Made by a program: the position numbers and the translations under genes. From Syncephalis fuscata S228 (taxonomy: Eukaryota; Fungi; Zoopagomycota): 64,000 nt of DNA. Below, piece after piece: positions 39,350-51,986 of this stretch. A model generated the notes under the pieces. The model was given only the letters and a program-made list of their open reading frames with translations. It was not told where the DNA came from and made no database searches. Location of the stretch: positions 1-64,000 of the forward strand of contig JAHLTZ010000032.1 in assembly GCA_025786725.1 (NCBI GenBank), given 5' to 3'. Each line of letters starts with the position of its first letter. Within the stretch, counting starts at the first letter, position 1.

Positions 39350-39625
39350 GAGTATATATGTGTACTGGTTATATGCATACTGGATAATAAATCTATAATG
39401 ACAAGTATCTGATGACTAATGTCACTCACCGCCCATCATCATGCTCAATAGATTGGATGTTATTAAATATTAGTCATTTGACCACCAAACAAACAATAAG
39501 TGTGATGATGTGACGATTAAATCAAGCTCACCACTTGTCCCCATGTTCAATAAACAAAAATGTAGTTCAACTATGCGAATGTTACAAAATATAATTATTT
39601 GACACCCAAATCACACTAAATTGTT
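39350..39625 (+). repeat. Dispersed repeat fragment, homologous to ~23290-23460
   Basis: Two aligned blocks separated by a ~120-bp indel relative to the 23.3-kb copy. Confidence 0.6.
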
Positions 39626-39794
39626 AATAGATTGTTTACTATTAGTGTAATAACACTTGTTGCCATCATGGCTAAACTTTACTTTGACTCCCACATCTGG
39701 AATCCTCAAAGCAAAATTCGTTCCAATTGAAGTCCTACTGTTATTTACAACAAATATAGTTATAGTGTTTTTATTTGACTACTTTGAAATTCAC

Positions 39795-40289
39795 GAGGCC
39801 TATCGTTGTTGCTGTTGACCATGTGCAGAAAGATTGATTGAATATTAATAGGAGCCATATGATTACAATTCCATGCCATTTCGCAATTGTTGTTATTGCA
39901 TTTACATACACTATGTATTATTGCATCTGAATGGTCTTTTCTATTTTCTAATATTCTACTGTTGCATTTTGAGCATATCTATGATGTAAGATTAAGATTA
40001 ATATAATTATTATAAAAGTCGTTTATTAAACAGCCACTTTTCTTATAGCCAATCTGATTAAATAAATGGTATTTTGAACAATTAATATTATAATGACAAT
40101 ATATATATATTAAAGCAATAATAAAAATAACTAATTACATTAAATTACTGTATTGATAATTACACATGAATTAGTCAATGTTAAATGCAATATTATATAT
40201 GGAATAGCAATGGATGAGTGTTTAATTGTACTTAAAAGTAGAGTGAAATGAGTAAATAAAAAATATAAGAGTCAAAGTACAGTAGCTCC
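39795..40289 (-). repeat. ~500-bp inverted repeat, right arm (pairs with 30594-31088)
   Basis: Reverse complement of the left arm; ends 171 bp upstream of the LeuRS ATG. Confidence 0.92.
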
Positions 40290-40459
40290 AAAATTTAATC
40301 GGATTTTAATTTAATCTCAGATCACGTGGGTAGATCATAGAATAAAGAGCTCTTTTTAAATTTTCTTCTCTTGCTCTTGCTTTCTCTTTCGTACACTCAC
40401 GCACGCATTGTCCGTTTCTCCGCGATTCAGGTCGTGTACTGCTGTTTAATTTCGTCATA

Positions 40460-43400
40460 ATGTCTGCTGTTGAACAAAAGAAGCCTGTCGTTGAGGCTAG
40501 TCCAGCTGATGAGCCAAAGAAAGTGAGTATAGCGAATAGAAGGCGTGTGTATTTCAACTTATTTGATTCTATAGACACATAAGCGCGATGTTCTGCGCTC
40601 ATTTGAGCCAGTCGCCCAGTCGATATGGAAGAAAAAACGTGTTTTTGAACAAAATGCTCCCACCGTAGACGATTGCTCCGCGGACGATGGCGATGCTATG
40701 CGTGCCTTTCAAGAAAAGTTTTTAGTAACTTTTCCATATCCTTATATGAATGGCCGTTTGCACTTGGGACACGCCTTCACCTTTACAAAGGCAGAGTTTG
40801 CCACAGGATATATGTTGCTTAAAGGTAGACGGGCACTATTTCCATTTGGTTTGCATTGTACAGGCATGCCAATTAAAGCTTGTGCTGATAAGTTAAAACG
40901 GGAAATTGAGCTATTTGGTATCAACTTTGATGCACCACAGCCACTTGAAGAGGCTGTGAAATCACTGTCGATTGAAAGCAATGAGGGAGCTGTTGCGGCT
41001 GCCAAAAAGCACTCAAAAGTTGCAGCCAAGACTGGTAACGTCACTTATCAGTACGAAATTATGTTATCCAATGGTGTGCCACGTGAAGAAATCCATCGAT
41101 TTGCCGATCCACTTCAATGGCTCAGCTACTTCCCCGATCTTGCTCTTAAAGATATCGAGGCATTGGGCTGCAAGAATGATACACGCCGTTCATTTATCAC
41201 TACTGATGTTAATCCATATTACGATTCATTTGTTCGTTGGCAAATGAATAAGCTATACGCACTTGGCAAGATCAAGTTTGGTGAGCGTTATACAATCTAC
41301 TCGCCATTGGATGGCCAGCCATGCATGGACCACGATCGTCAAACTGGCGAAGGTGTTGGCCCACAAGAATACACTGGTATTAAGATGGAAGTTGCCGAAT
41401 GGTCAGCAAATTGCGCTGCACTTTCTGAACAATTTGCCGGTAAACGAGTCTATTTGGTTGCTGCGACCTTTAGACCAGAGACAATGTACGCTTATAATGT
41501 ATAATTATATGGTAGACTAACATTATTTTAGGTATGGTCAAACAAATTGCTTTGTAGGCACTGCCATTGAGTACGGCTTCTTTGAAGTTAACGATACCGA
41601 TGTGTATGTCTGTACAGAACGTGCTGCTCGTAACATGTGCTTCCAAGGCTTTTCAAAGCAAAAGGGTGTACATGTTAGACTAGCTACTGTTCAAGGTAGC
41701 GATCTAATTGGTACTCGTGTTAAGGCACCACTATCTATTTACAAGGAAGTCTATGTGCTACCCATGGACAATGTTTTGCCTACAAAGGTAAGTAATTATA
41801 ATAGATTAATTTATTAATGTTGTATTAATGTTTTATTATTATTGTCATTTTTATTATTGTCATTTTTATTATTTGTGCTTATTATTAACAGGGAACAGGT
41901 GTTGTTACTTCCGTACCCAGTGACTCGCCCGATGACTGTATGGCGTTGCAGGACTTGAAAAAGAAGCCCGACTACTACAAGATTGATCCATCATGGGTGG
42001 CCACCTATGACCCAGTACCAATTATTCGTTCGCCTGCTTATGGCGATTTGACTGCACCAGCCATTTGCAAAGAGAAGAAGATCCAAAGTCAAAAGGATCG
42101 TATTGCGTTGGCTGAAGCAAAAGATATGGCGTACAAAGAAGGCTTTTATAACGGAACTATGATTGTAGGCGACTTTGTCGATGCACCTGTACAAGAAGCC
42201 AAACCAAAGATTCGTGAACAATTGATAGCTCAAGGTGATGCCTTTATTTACAATGAGCCTGAGTCATTGATCATGTCGCGTTCCGGCGACGAGTGTGTTG
42301 TCAATCTTTGCGATCAATGGTATCTTGACTACGGTGAGACGGAATGGCGTGCAGTAACTGAGCGCTGTCTTTCTCGATTGAATACATACGGCGAAGAGAC
42401 ACGCCATCAATTTGAACACACCATTGGATGGTTAAATCAATGGGCCTGTGCTCGTTCATTTGGTCTTGGTACTAAATTGCCATGGGATCCACAGTTCCTT
42501 GTCGAATCACTTTCGGACTCGACCATTTATATGGCCTACTATACAGTAGCACATTTCCTACATGGCGACACATTAGATGGTCATCGTCCTGGTCCAGCCG
42601 GTATTCGTCCTGACCAGATGACTGATGCCGTTTGGGAGTATTTGTTGGGCAGTGGCGAATTGCCAGCTGATACTGATATTCCAGCCGATACATTGCGTGC
42701 TATGCGACGTGAATTTCTTTACTTCTACCCAATGGATCTACGTGTGTCTGGCAAGGATTTAATTCAAAACCATTTGACATTTGCCCTGTATAATCACACG
42801 GCTTTATTCCCCGAGTCTCAATGGCCACTAGGTATTCGTGCTAACGGCCATTTGCTACTAAATCGTCAAAAAATGAGCAGAGTACTGGTAACTTCCTTAC
42901 GGTCGTTGATGCGATTGAAAAGTTTGGTGCCGACGCTACACGTGTCGCTTTGGCCGATGCTGGCGATGCCATTGAGGACGCCAACTTTGAGGATGCAACA
43001 GCGAACGCAGCAATTCTACGTCTCTTCACGCTAATGGAATGGATCGAGGAGATGCTACAGCCAAATGCGCCACTTCGTGATGGCCCATCCGACTCATTCC
43101 ACGACCAAGTGTTTGCCAACGAAATGACACGTCTTATCCAGCTAACCGACGAAGCTTACAGCAACTTTATGTTCCGTGAAGCACTTAAGAACGGATTCTA
43201 CGAATTCCAATCAGCTCGTGATTGGTATCGTGAAGCAACAGCCGGTGAAGGCATGCATCGCGATCTAATTAACAAGTTTATTGAAGCACAAACTTTGATG
43301 CTTGCTCCAGTAGCACCCCATTGGGCAGAACATGTCTGGTCGACATTGTTGCACAAAGACACATCAATTATGGTCGCTTGTTGGCCAGAAACGCCTACCA

Positions 43401-43942
43401 AAGAAGCCGACGTTGCTCTATTGGATGCAGCTGATTATGTACGCAAATTGCTAAAACGTGTGCGTGACTTGGAGACTAGCTCACAAAAGAAAGGCAAGGG
43501 TAAAGGCAAGCCAGCGCCGGCCTTTGACGCATCTAAACCAAAGGCGCTTGCTATCATGATGGCTGCCAACTTCCCTGAATGGCAAGAAGCAGCTATTATT
43601 ATAATGAAAGAATCATTTGACAGGACGACAAAACAATTCGACGATGTGACCATCCGCCGTGTTCTAGGCGAGCGTGGCCTACTTAAAGACAAACAAATGA
43701 TGCCATTTGTACAGGAAATTAAGAAGCGCGTTGCCATTAACGGTCCATCGGCCCTCGATCGTGCCATCACTTTTGACGAACACGAGACGCTAAAACAAGT
43801 CATTAAGCTATTTGAACGCGCACTCAACTACAATGAAATCACTATCTCTTTGGCTGAATCGATCCCGGCCGAGGATCCATTGCGTCGCAAAGCTGATGGT
43901 GCAGTGCCAGGCGAGCCTACAGTTCATTTCTGGAATATTTAA
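40460..43942 (+). CDS. LARS1/CDC60: Cytosolic leucyl-tRNA synthetase, 4 exons; apparent 1-nt deletion inside the KMSKS motif (~42879)
   Basis: FPYPYMNGRLHLGH (HIGH motif), CP1 editing motifs RPETMYGQTN and GTGVVTSVPSDSPDD, SGKDLIQNHL. AAA ATG AGC A-G AGT ACT GGT reads KMS(K)STG if one A is restored. Confidence 0.95.
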
Positions 43943-44049
43943 TTGATGTTTACTGAATTAAATATTTTATAATAAATTTATGTTTACCATAAGGAAAATT
44001 GGAAAAATACACTGTTTTTAAATTTCATTATAATAAAAGCGTCTATTTC

Positions 44050-44900
44050 AATATTATCAATGCTAATTTTTACAGAACATGTTTTTGTATTGTATTTCTT
44101 GAGTTGCATTTGCCACCAGTATATCGTTAAAAGTCTTTTAACAAATAAACACAATTGACTAAACTATGTAAATAAAGTTTTAAATTAAAATTGTTACATT
44201 TATTGTGATTCTTTTTTTCCTATCAAGCAATTTTTAGCTTTGTAACTTTATTATTCAACAGTATAATAAATACATAGTATTATTACTCAAATAATAAAAA
44301 TGTTTTTATAATTTTTATTAAATTACTATTAAAACATTTGACTAAGCTAATAATACTAACTCTTTTTTCTCTTAGTTATTTGGTCAAAATTACATCACTT
44401 TTACTATTGTTGTAACAGTGTAATTCTTTTTTATCAAATTAAGAGCAGACCAAGCTTTATAATAATAAATAATAGCATTTATTAAGCTATTAAAATTGTT
44501 AGTGTATATTAAATAATTAAATATGTATTTGATACTTTTACTTGTACATTTTTTGGCTTTACATTTGGCAATGTAACAGCATCATTTGTAATAGATTTAA
44601 TAGTAGATTTAATAGTATTGTTACCAGAATTATATGAAAAACTATTAAAATGTTTAATATTACACTGGATAATTTCTACTAGACCAGTCTTTTGCTTTTT
44701 GGCAGTCAAAACAGACTGACATTGTTGCTAAAACGGTTTTTATGAATACAAATAAGCTGTAATTTTGTTGAATCACTATTTTTCCTCTTAAAATTGCGAC
44801 AGTTAACAAGCTTAAACTCGCCAACAGCAGCCCTTAGTTCTTCGATACTGTTAAGTATAGCTTTTTATATATTTTGGTAGACATTTGGTAGATTTTTCAA
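44050..44900 (-). mobile_element. Decayed Mutator (MULE)-like transposase remnant
   Basis: Minus-strand translation across frameshifts gives SIEELRAAVGEFKLVNCRNFKRKNSDSTKLQLICIH...QCQSVLTAKKQKTGLVEIIQCNIKH...PNVKPKNVQ, resembling the MuDR/FAR1 WRKY-like DNA-binding module. The downstream part is full of stops. Confidence 0.5.
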
Positions 44901-45634
44901 AACAATATATTTTGATAAATAAAGAATTGGTGTATTTTTCTAAATTTTCTTATAATAAATTTATATTTACCATAGTCATTTAATTTGATTTTTGTGTACA
45001 ATTGACTACATTTTCACACTGTAATAATGTGTGCTGCCTCGGTGATTGGTTGGTGTCTCCATGCGTTAAATAAAGAACATTATTAGAATATAAATATTGA
45101 TGAGGAATGTAGTCTATATTGTTTATTGTACAATAATTACAGTGTACTTGGACACCTTGGGCACAAAAACCAATATTGCTATTTATTTAGCTGTCTTATT
45201 TATTTTTATATTGCCATTAGATTAATATTAAACAAATTATTAGCAGCTTAAAATGGCTTGGTGTTAAACAACTACATTTAATAGAAATATATAAACTTGA
45301 ATTATAAGTTTACTCTATGAAACATGAAATCGGGCGTTAATATTAATAGTCAAATAATCAAATCATAGAAACAGTATCATCATTAAAATAAAACCATATG
45401 TTTATTACTGTAAGTTTGCATAGCTGGATAAACACAACTAATCACATTCTTGTTGGCAATATAATAGCATTATTAATTAAAGTTGCATAAACTAGAGCAT
45501 TGGCTAAAACTTGCTATATAAATGAGCTGACCGGCAGCAGTTAAATGATATTGTTTTCCACCGATCATATACCTAAAGCATATTAAACTAGCACTTCAAT
45601 TACGCATCAAATGCCAATGACTTGAATGCACCAG

Positions 45635-45832
45635 TTACGGAAAAGAAGTGCAGCTGCGGCAGGTGCCATTAGGACCTTCACATGGAGTGCCGCCCCAGCA
45701 TTGACTTCTTTTAGCCAATGCGAATAATTGGCCATTATCAGAACCTGTTGAAGTTGGAACAGCATCCACCATGGCTGTAATAGCTGCAAAAGCTACGAGG
45801 GCGGTGCAAACGACGGCGATGGAAAGCTTCAT
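45635..45832 (-). CDS. Small secreted Cys-rich prepropeptide, copy 2
   Basis: Identical to 33161-33358 except one nucleotide (A10T in the signal peptide). Confidence 0.88.
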   Translation of the reverse strand: MKLSIAVVCTALVAFAAITAMVDAVPTSTGSDNGQLFALAKRSQCWGGTPCEGPNGTCRSCTSFP

Positions 45833-47868
45833 GGCGACGTTGATTCGTTGAAATGAAGTAAAGCAAAAAGTAGAAGATGAGAGTATAGAGCAGAGTGTAG
45901 TGGATAATTGCCAGCAAGTAAGAGTGTGCGATAGTGAGTATTTGGTAGAAAGTAGAGTGTGATGATGATACTACTGGTCAGCTGTGTGAATGTTGTGGGC
46001 TATTTAACGTATATTGTGCTATGAAATTGTCCAATTATTGTATAGAGCAGCGGACTTAATAATTTATTACTCAATGTAGTAACGCAATGGATAAGAAATT
46101 GATGATGGGAAAAGATATTAATAGTATACCTATAAATGTATGTGTTATATTATAAGGAAATGCTAAATAAAGCATATTTCTAATATTGCTCTGGTGAGTC
46201 GTGTAAATTTCATGGGCCATTCCAATATATGGTTACGCCAAAACATCAAAAAGGTATTTTATGGAATACACCATTGATTCATTGTGGAAACCAATAATAG
46301 TACAGTCACATAACGATTTGAATTGCGCGTATACCAATATACCGATGGTGTGCTATTATACAAATAAGCCACTACCTCGACCTACTCAGACATCTGAAAC
46401 AGCAATGCCGGTGATTTATACATATATTTCAGGGACGCGCATATCAATCTGCGCTTTTATTATGCAATTCGGACATTTAATAATGTAGCTTAGTTCTATA
46501 AAATAGTAATGGCGGCTTTGTTGTCTCCTCCATCAACTCAAGTTTTAATATTTATAAGGAACCAAACCATGCACAATACTAATGCACCGCAAATTAGTAA
46601 ATTATATGGCATTTTTGTATAAACATATACTGCTATGTGCAAACCAGCCATAGCTCTAAATTATAAAATGTACTGATTGGTGCACCCGTATATTCTATAT
46701 TATTGAAATTCATGCAGAAATAGGCAGTGTGCGGATTTACAAATGCGCTATATCCAAATATGTAAATGCCAAACGCTGTACTATCTCCGACACTTCAAAT
46801 GATAGTTGGCCGAAATTAGCTGAGAATTTGCTGTGTAATAAGGGATGATGTAGTGTAATGCATCACAGCATCCTGAACAATAAATCATTTAATTCAATTA
46901 CTGATTCCACCAATCCTTGATGTAAAATAATATATATTTACCAAACTAGATACAACACAATTTTTAAACGCTAGAATACGCACATCAGATAGTTCTAGAC
47001 AGGTACTGTTAGTTTTGAATGCACAATGACAACAAACGACACATCAATCAGTATTCATTTGTAAATTAGTTGATAGTTATGCTACTGAGAATAATTTTAA
47101 TAATAAATTAAGCAACTTGTCTATAAAAGAATAAAGCAAAAGCTAATAAAACCAGTTGGTAGCGCAAACATTAATCGTTTTAATATGATAGAAAGTTCTA
47201 TAATAAAAGCAAACGTTTTTATCATACCAAATCACATTAAATTTATTAGAATTTAACGGGTATTTATGTGGATAGGATAGGATAATTAAAAACCAAATAA
47301 AACACAAGAAACCAGAAAGAATTTTGCATGAAATTCAATAAGCTGCAAAAGTTACATATATACTCATATAGTTGCATTTCTAAAATTGAAACAACAAACG
47401 CCATAATTAAATAACATTTTAGTATTGCTAAATTCTATACTGCTGTTTATTTGTATTCACAAATACTTGGAGTAACTCTTACAATAATGTAAACGTAAAA
47501 TGTGAATGCGATTGAAATATATTAGTACCAACTGGTAGTAAAGTATAAATAAATCTAATCAAACAATATCTCCAAACTTAGAGTACGAGTGAAATAAAAC
47601 GAGACAACACATATATTACAATGATATAAGCTATTTCAGAAAAACTTATTTAATTTGTGTGTTTAGCTATGTGATAGAATACATTCTGCAGCTGATGATT
47701 TATTGCATATTTAAAATTAGCATCACCTGATGTTGTTCATTAGATTATTGCTAACAAAAAGCAATGAATATAATTGGCTGACCATCCAAAAACCATTTTT
47801 ATATTACAAATAATTAATATTGTTGATACTGATTAACTATAATTATTTTATTTTATTTTTGTATATAT

Positions 47869-48669
47869 CTAACTGCATTTCTTATGTTTTAAAAAAGATA
47901 ATTGCGATCGATAACTAGTAGAAAAATTAAAAAATGGTCTGGCCTTATTACCAATAGGTTCACTGGAGATTGAACACACATCTGAACAGGCTTCGGATTG
48001 TTTAAAACACAAAAATATCCGGCGTATCCAGAGGGTCCATCGACGTAATGAAGTACGTCTGGGAGAACTTGATGAAATGTGATGTGATGCGGTTGCTGAG
48101 AAAATTGCCGGACAGGTGGTAATCGTAGCGATCGTATCGACAGGCGAGTCGACGCCACTCAATGAAGTCACGGATCGTGCACGATCAAGTATCATAGCAC
48201 ACTTTTTTTCCGTGATAATGGCGAGCGATTCTGTCTTTGTCTCGTTCAAGGACAGCCGGTAGGGCGGCGCGGCAATTTCTTCCAATGCTATTTGGTTTTC
48301 ATGGGCCGTGATAATAGAAGAATAAGAATCGAAAATAGGTGATGGAATGTCTATGCTTGCCGAATCGGCAGTGCTAATAGATATCATCGATGATGGTGTA
48401 TCAGGCGAGTAATATATATGAAACGATCCGTTTTCTCCATAGTCGCCATTCTCATCGCTGTAATTATTATTAAGATCGCCGGTGTAGATTGACTCAGGAA
48501 GAGTGTGCACAGGTTCGGCCGGCCGAATATCCATAATAAATCCTAAGGTGGGCGAGTCAACGCGCGGCATTGAAGCACACGAGTTGACTGATGATAAAAC
48601 GCTAATGGCCGTCACAACACTTGCAAGTTGTGGGTGACGGCGTTGGCGTTCAAAGCGATGCTTATACAT
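47869..48669 (-). CDS. Hypothetical Ser/Ile-rich low-complexity protein
   Basis: Uninterrupted ~266-codon ORF from MYKHRFERQRRH in a GC-richer island; no recognisable domain. Confidence 0.55.
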   Translation of the reverse strand: MYKHRFERQRRHPQLASVVTAISVLSSVNSCASMPRVDSPTLGFIMDIRPAEPVHTLPESIYTGDLNNNYSDENGDYGENGSFHIYYSPDTPSSMISISTADSASIDIPSPIFDSYSSIITAHENQIALEEIAAPPYRLSLNETKTESLAIITEKKCAMILDRARSVTSLSGVDSPVDTIATITTCPAIFSATASHHISSSSPRRTSLRRWTLWIRRIFLCFKQSEACSDVCSISSEPIGNKARPFFNFSTSYRSQLSFLKHKKCS

Positions 48670-50134
48670 AATGCTGAACAAGCGAGTAAAATGGCAACAA
48701 GGAACAACGACAACAACAATATCTGCATAAATCACAATGCCAAAAATAAAGAATAATATAATAAAACAGCTTTTAAATAGGCCGACAATTAAGAAATAAA
48801 GTATACTGATGTAGAGGATGCAGATACAGATACGCGTGCCGTCGCCGATATGGCAAATGCAATGTATTTATTATATAGAAAAAAATGTTTGTGCTGAGTC
48901 TTTACTCTCTCAGCGTGCACGTGCGCAATGACTACGCGCTAATCTTCTACGTGAAGTAATGATTTGCCGGCTGACCACAAATTTTTTACATGCGTGCACT
49001 TTGCTTCCTCGTCCGTCTGTGCACTTTTCGCTTGCTTTCTCGGACCACACTTTGATGCACGCAACGACATACTGTTCACGCCGCCTGTTCCATGCACTAT
49101 GAGTTTGCTTTCGCCTTGAACACGCAGCCATATGCCTATGAGTGCTGCACATCCATTTATTTAATTCTACTACCTCCCCCACATTTCTCCCATGATTTCA
49201 ATTATCACACGCATGAAGGTGCAGTTCACAAATAGCAGCTTAACAATAATGGTAACGTTTGTGGAGGGGGGGGGCAAAAAGAACATTAGCAATAATGCAG
49301 TAAATTACCAAGTTCTAGATTAATTAATTTATAGTATTAGTGTAAACTAAAAGATATTGTTAATGGGGAATAAATGAGTTTGTCATATTATTAAAATGGC
49401 CAAAAGAGCAGTCCAGTAACTCTGATTAATAGAGCATGTTGCTACGATCATTATGGCTATGCTCGTTGCTGACAACGTGGTTTGTGTCGCCTTGACCTGT
49501 TTTTGCAAGTGCTTTTCTGCAGGAGGTATATTGAAATCAGATTTTATTGTCAATTACCACAATATTCGGCAATTAAAACGCACGATTATCAAACAGATAG
49601 TGTATTAAAACAAATGGTATAATTGTTTAAAAAACTGATTATTATTATAGACGATATTAAATGGTATAGTGTCAAATAGTATAATTCTATTGTTATTGCT
49701 AAATTAAAAATATTATTAAGCTTTTGTTACAGCCATATTTGGTAATATAAGCTAATTGATTTTTCCACCTCTTATCAAGATAGTTAGTATTGACTTCGTT
49801 ATTAATATTTTTCAAATATATGTAAATAGCAATATTAATCACATTGATTTTGTTATTTATTAAATAATGACTTAGTTGTTCTCATTTTTTACTGTCTAAT
49901 ATTATAATGATTCACTGCTTATTCTTCTATAACATTATAGGCCATTATAATTTAATAAACTGAATTAAATATATATTTATTGAATACTTATAAAATGATT
50001 GGTTTGCACCACGTATATATCATATTGAAAATGAATAGTTTGTTTAACACATGGTAATCTCAGCGCATGTGTCCGATTCGGCGTTAGCACTCCACTTACA
50101 GTATGTTGTGCAACAGAAAGTCAATCAAGTGTGT

Positions 50135-51986
50135 TTAAATGTGACTTTCTGCCTTATCTGCAGAACTCATTTCCTTCGCCTTGGATTGCAGTTTGGCTTG
50201 CTGACGCATTGCATCTGCGCCGTGAATAACTTTGCAAAATATAGCAGCAATGAATGCTAGAATAAGCGGCGGGATGTTAGCAATGAAGGCTTGACGAAAA
50301 GCTGTTTTCACAACAAGTTTGCCAATATCTTTTTGTTCTAATGGTAGTGTATCAAATATAGAAGTACTGCCATTAAACGGAATATCCTAATAAAACAGAC
50401 GATTATTCATTTTATTTTACCATAGCTATATTGCTACTTACTGGTAAATATTGTGCCATTGCCGATTCCAATCCGTGGTTAAATATTGTACCGGTAACAG
50501 CAACGCCGAAAGCACCACCGATAATTCGAAAGAATGAACTAAGTGTGGTAGCCACACCAATATCACCCGGTTCCGATGTGTATTGCGCGACCAGGATTAC
50601 AAGCTGCATGCCAAATCCAAGACCAAAGCCTGCCAAGAACATAGCACCTATCTCTAATGGCTGATTAGGATTGACATCAAAAAGTGTCATCAGGCCCGTG
50701 CCAACGGTGGCTATGGCCATGCCAAACAATAGAAAGGCGCGGTAAGACCATGCAGGCAGATAAGAAGTAGCTGTGCCAGATGCAATAGAAATAACGGCAA
50801 TTGGAATGACCAAGGGCAAAAGCTGCAGGCCAGAAGCAGTTGCAGTTGTGCCACGAAGTAACTATTATCGCGCACATAAAGTAAGTAGACGTCATTTTTA
50901 TACATGATTATCGCGCGCACACTAAATTTCATTTGCCCATACCTCATAAAATAGCGGAATGTAGTAGACCAGGCTAAGGAAACTCCAGCCAAAAAAGAAG
51001 CCACATGTAAACGATGCTGCCGTGCTTTTTCGTCTAAACATACGACCGGGTGTTAATGGATGTTTAGCTTTCCATCCTTCCCAGTAGACGGTAATGCCCG
51101 CTAGTAAAATGGCCACGCAGTATAGTGCGATAATTACAGCAGAATTCCAAGGATATCGTTTACCACCCCATGTTGTCGGCAATAGAAGGGAAACTGTGGC
51201 GGCCAGTACTAATAGTGCGCCAAAAAAGTCGATTTGCTTGATCTTCTCTTTGATCGACCCGGCACGTACAGGCAATTTAAGAAAGAAGCCCACCATAAAT
51301 ACGGTAATCGCGCCGACCGGCAGATTGATGTAAAATGCCCAATTCCATGAAAGATTGTCTGTTAATGTACCACCAAGCAGTGGCCCAACTACACTAGCAA
51401 TTGCAAACACGGCACTGATAAGTCCCTGATATTTGCCACGATTATATGGCTCTACAACGTCAGAAATGACTAGGTATACGAGCGACACAAGGCCGCCACC
51501 ACCCACACCCATAAGAGCACGAAAGTAATAAGCATATTCATACTTGTGCTTAGCGCACTGCCAAGCGAGCCAAGCATAAATATAGTTTGTGCGCAAAGCA
51601 TTGTTGTTTTACGACCAAAAATGTCGGATAAACGACCATACAGTGGCTGAAATGAAGTGTTTGTCAACATGTAAGCTGTCGCTATCCAAAAAGAATCGGA
51701 TAATGCATTAAATTGTTTGGCAATTGCTGGTAGAGCTGTTGCTACCAGTGTCAAATTAAGGGTAGCCATAAAAACAGCGAAGCCACATCTACATATGGTT
51801 TTAGCGCTTAGCAAATACATGCAATGCCATTAAGGTTACTTACCCGATTAGGACCGGAATAAGTTGCTTAGGTGGCAACACGGTTGATTGCTGGAAAGTA
51901 TTTGGTGGTACTGAGTCCATGCTAGATGTATGGTTATCTGAGCTATGGGCCATATCCACAGAAATGGTGTCGTTAGGTTGTTCCAT
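50135..51986 (-). CDS. MFS drug:H+ antiporter (DHA2/14-TM type), copy 1; apparent 1-nt deletion at ~51523
   Basis: LNLTLVATALPAI, FQPLYGRLSDIFGRK, FRALMGVGGGG, WNWAFYINLPVG, WGGKRYPWNS, FFRIIGGAFGVA. Confidence 0.9.

Noticed and set aside
39112-39429. 105-aa minus-strand ORF and similar short ORFs in AT-rich intergenic DNA (3073, 13764, 29711, 32075, 32363, 46261, 56847)
   Set aside because: Their composition simply mirrors AT-rich non-coding or repeat DNA, with no motifs or splice-consistent partners.
42865-42895. Programmed ribosomal frameshift in LeuRS
   Set aside because: No slippery heptamer or stimulatory structure is evident, and similar single-base losses occur in three other genes in the window.
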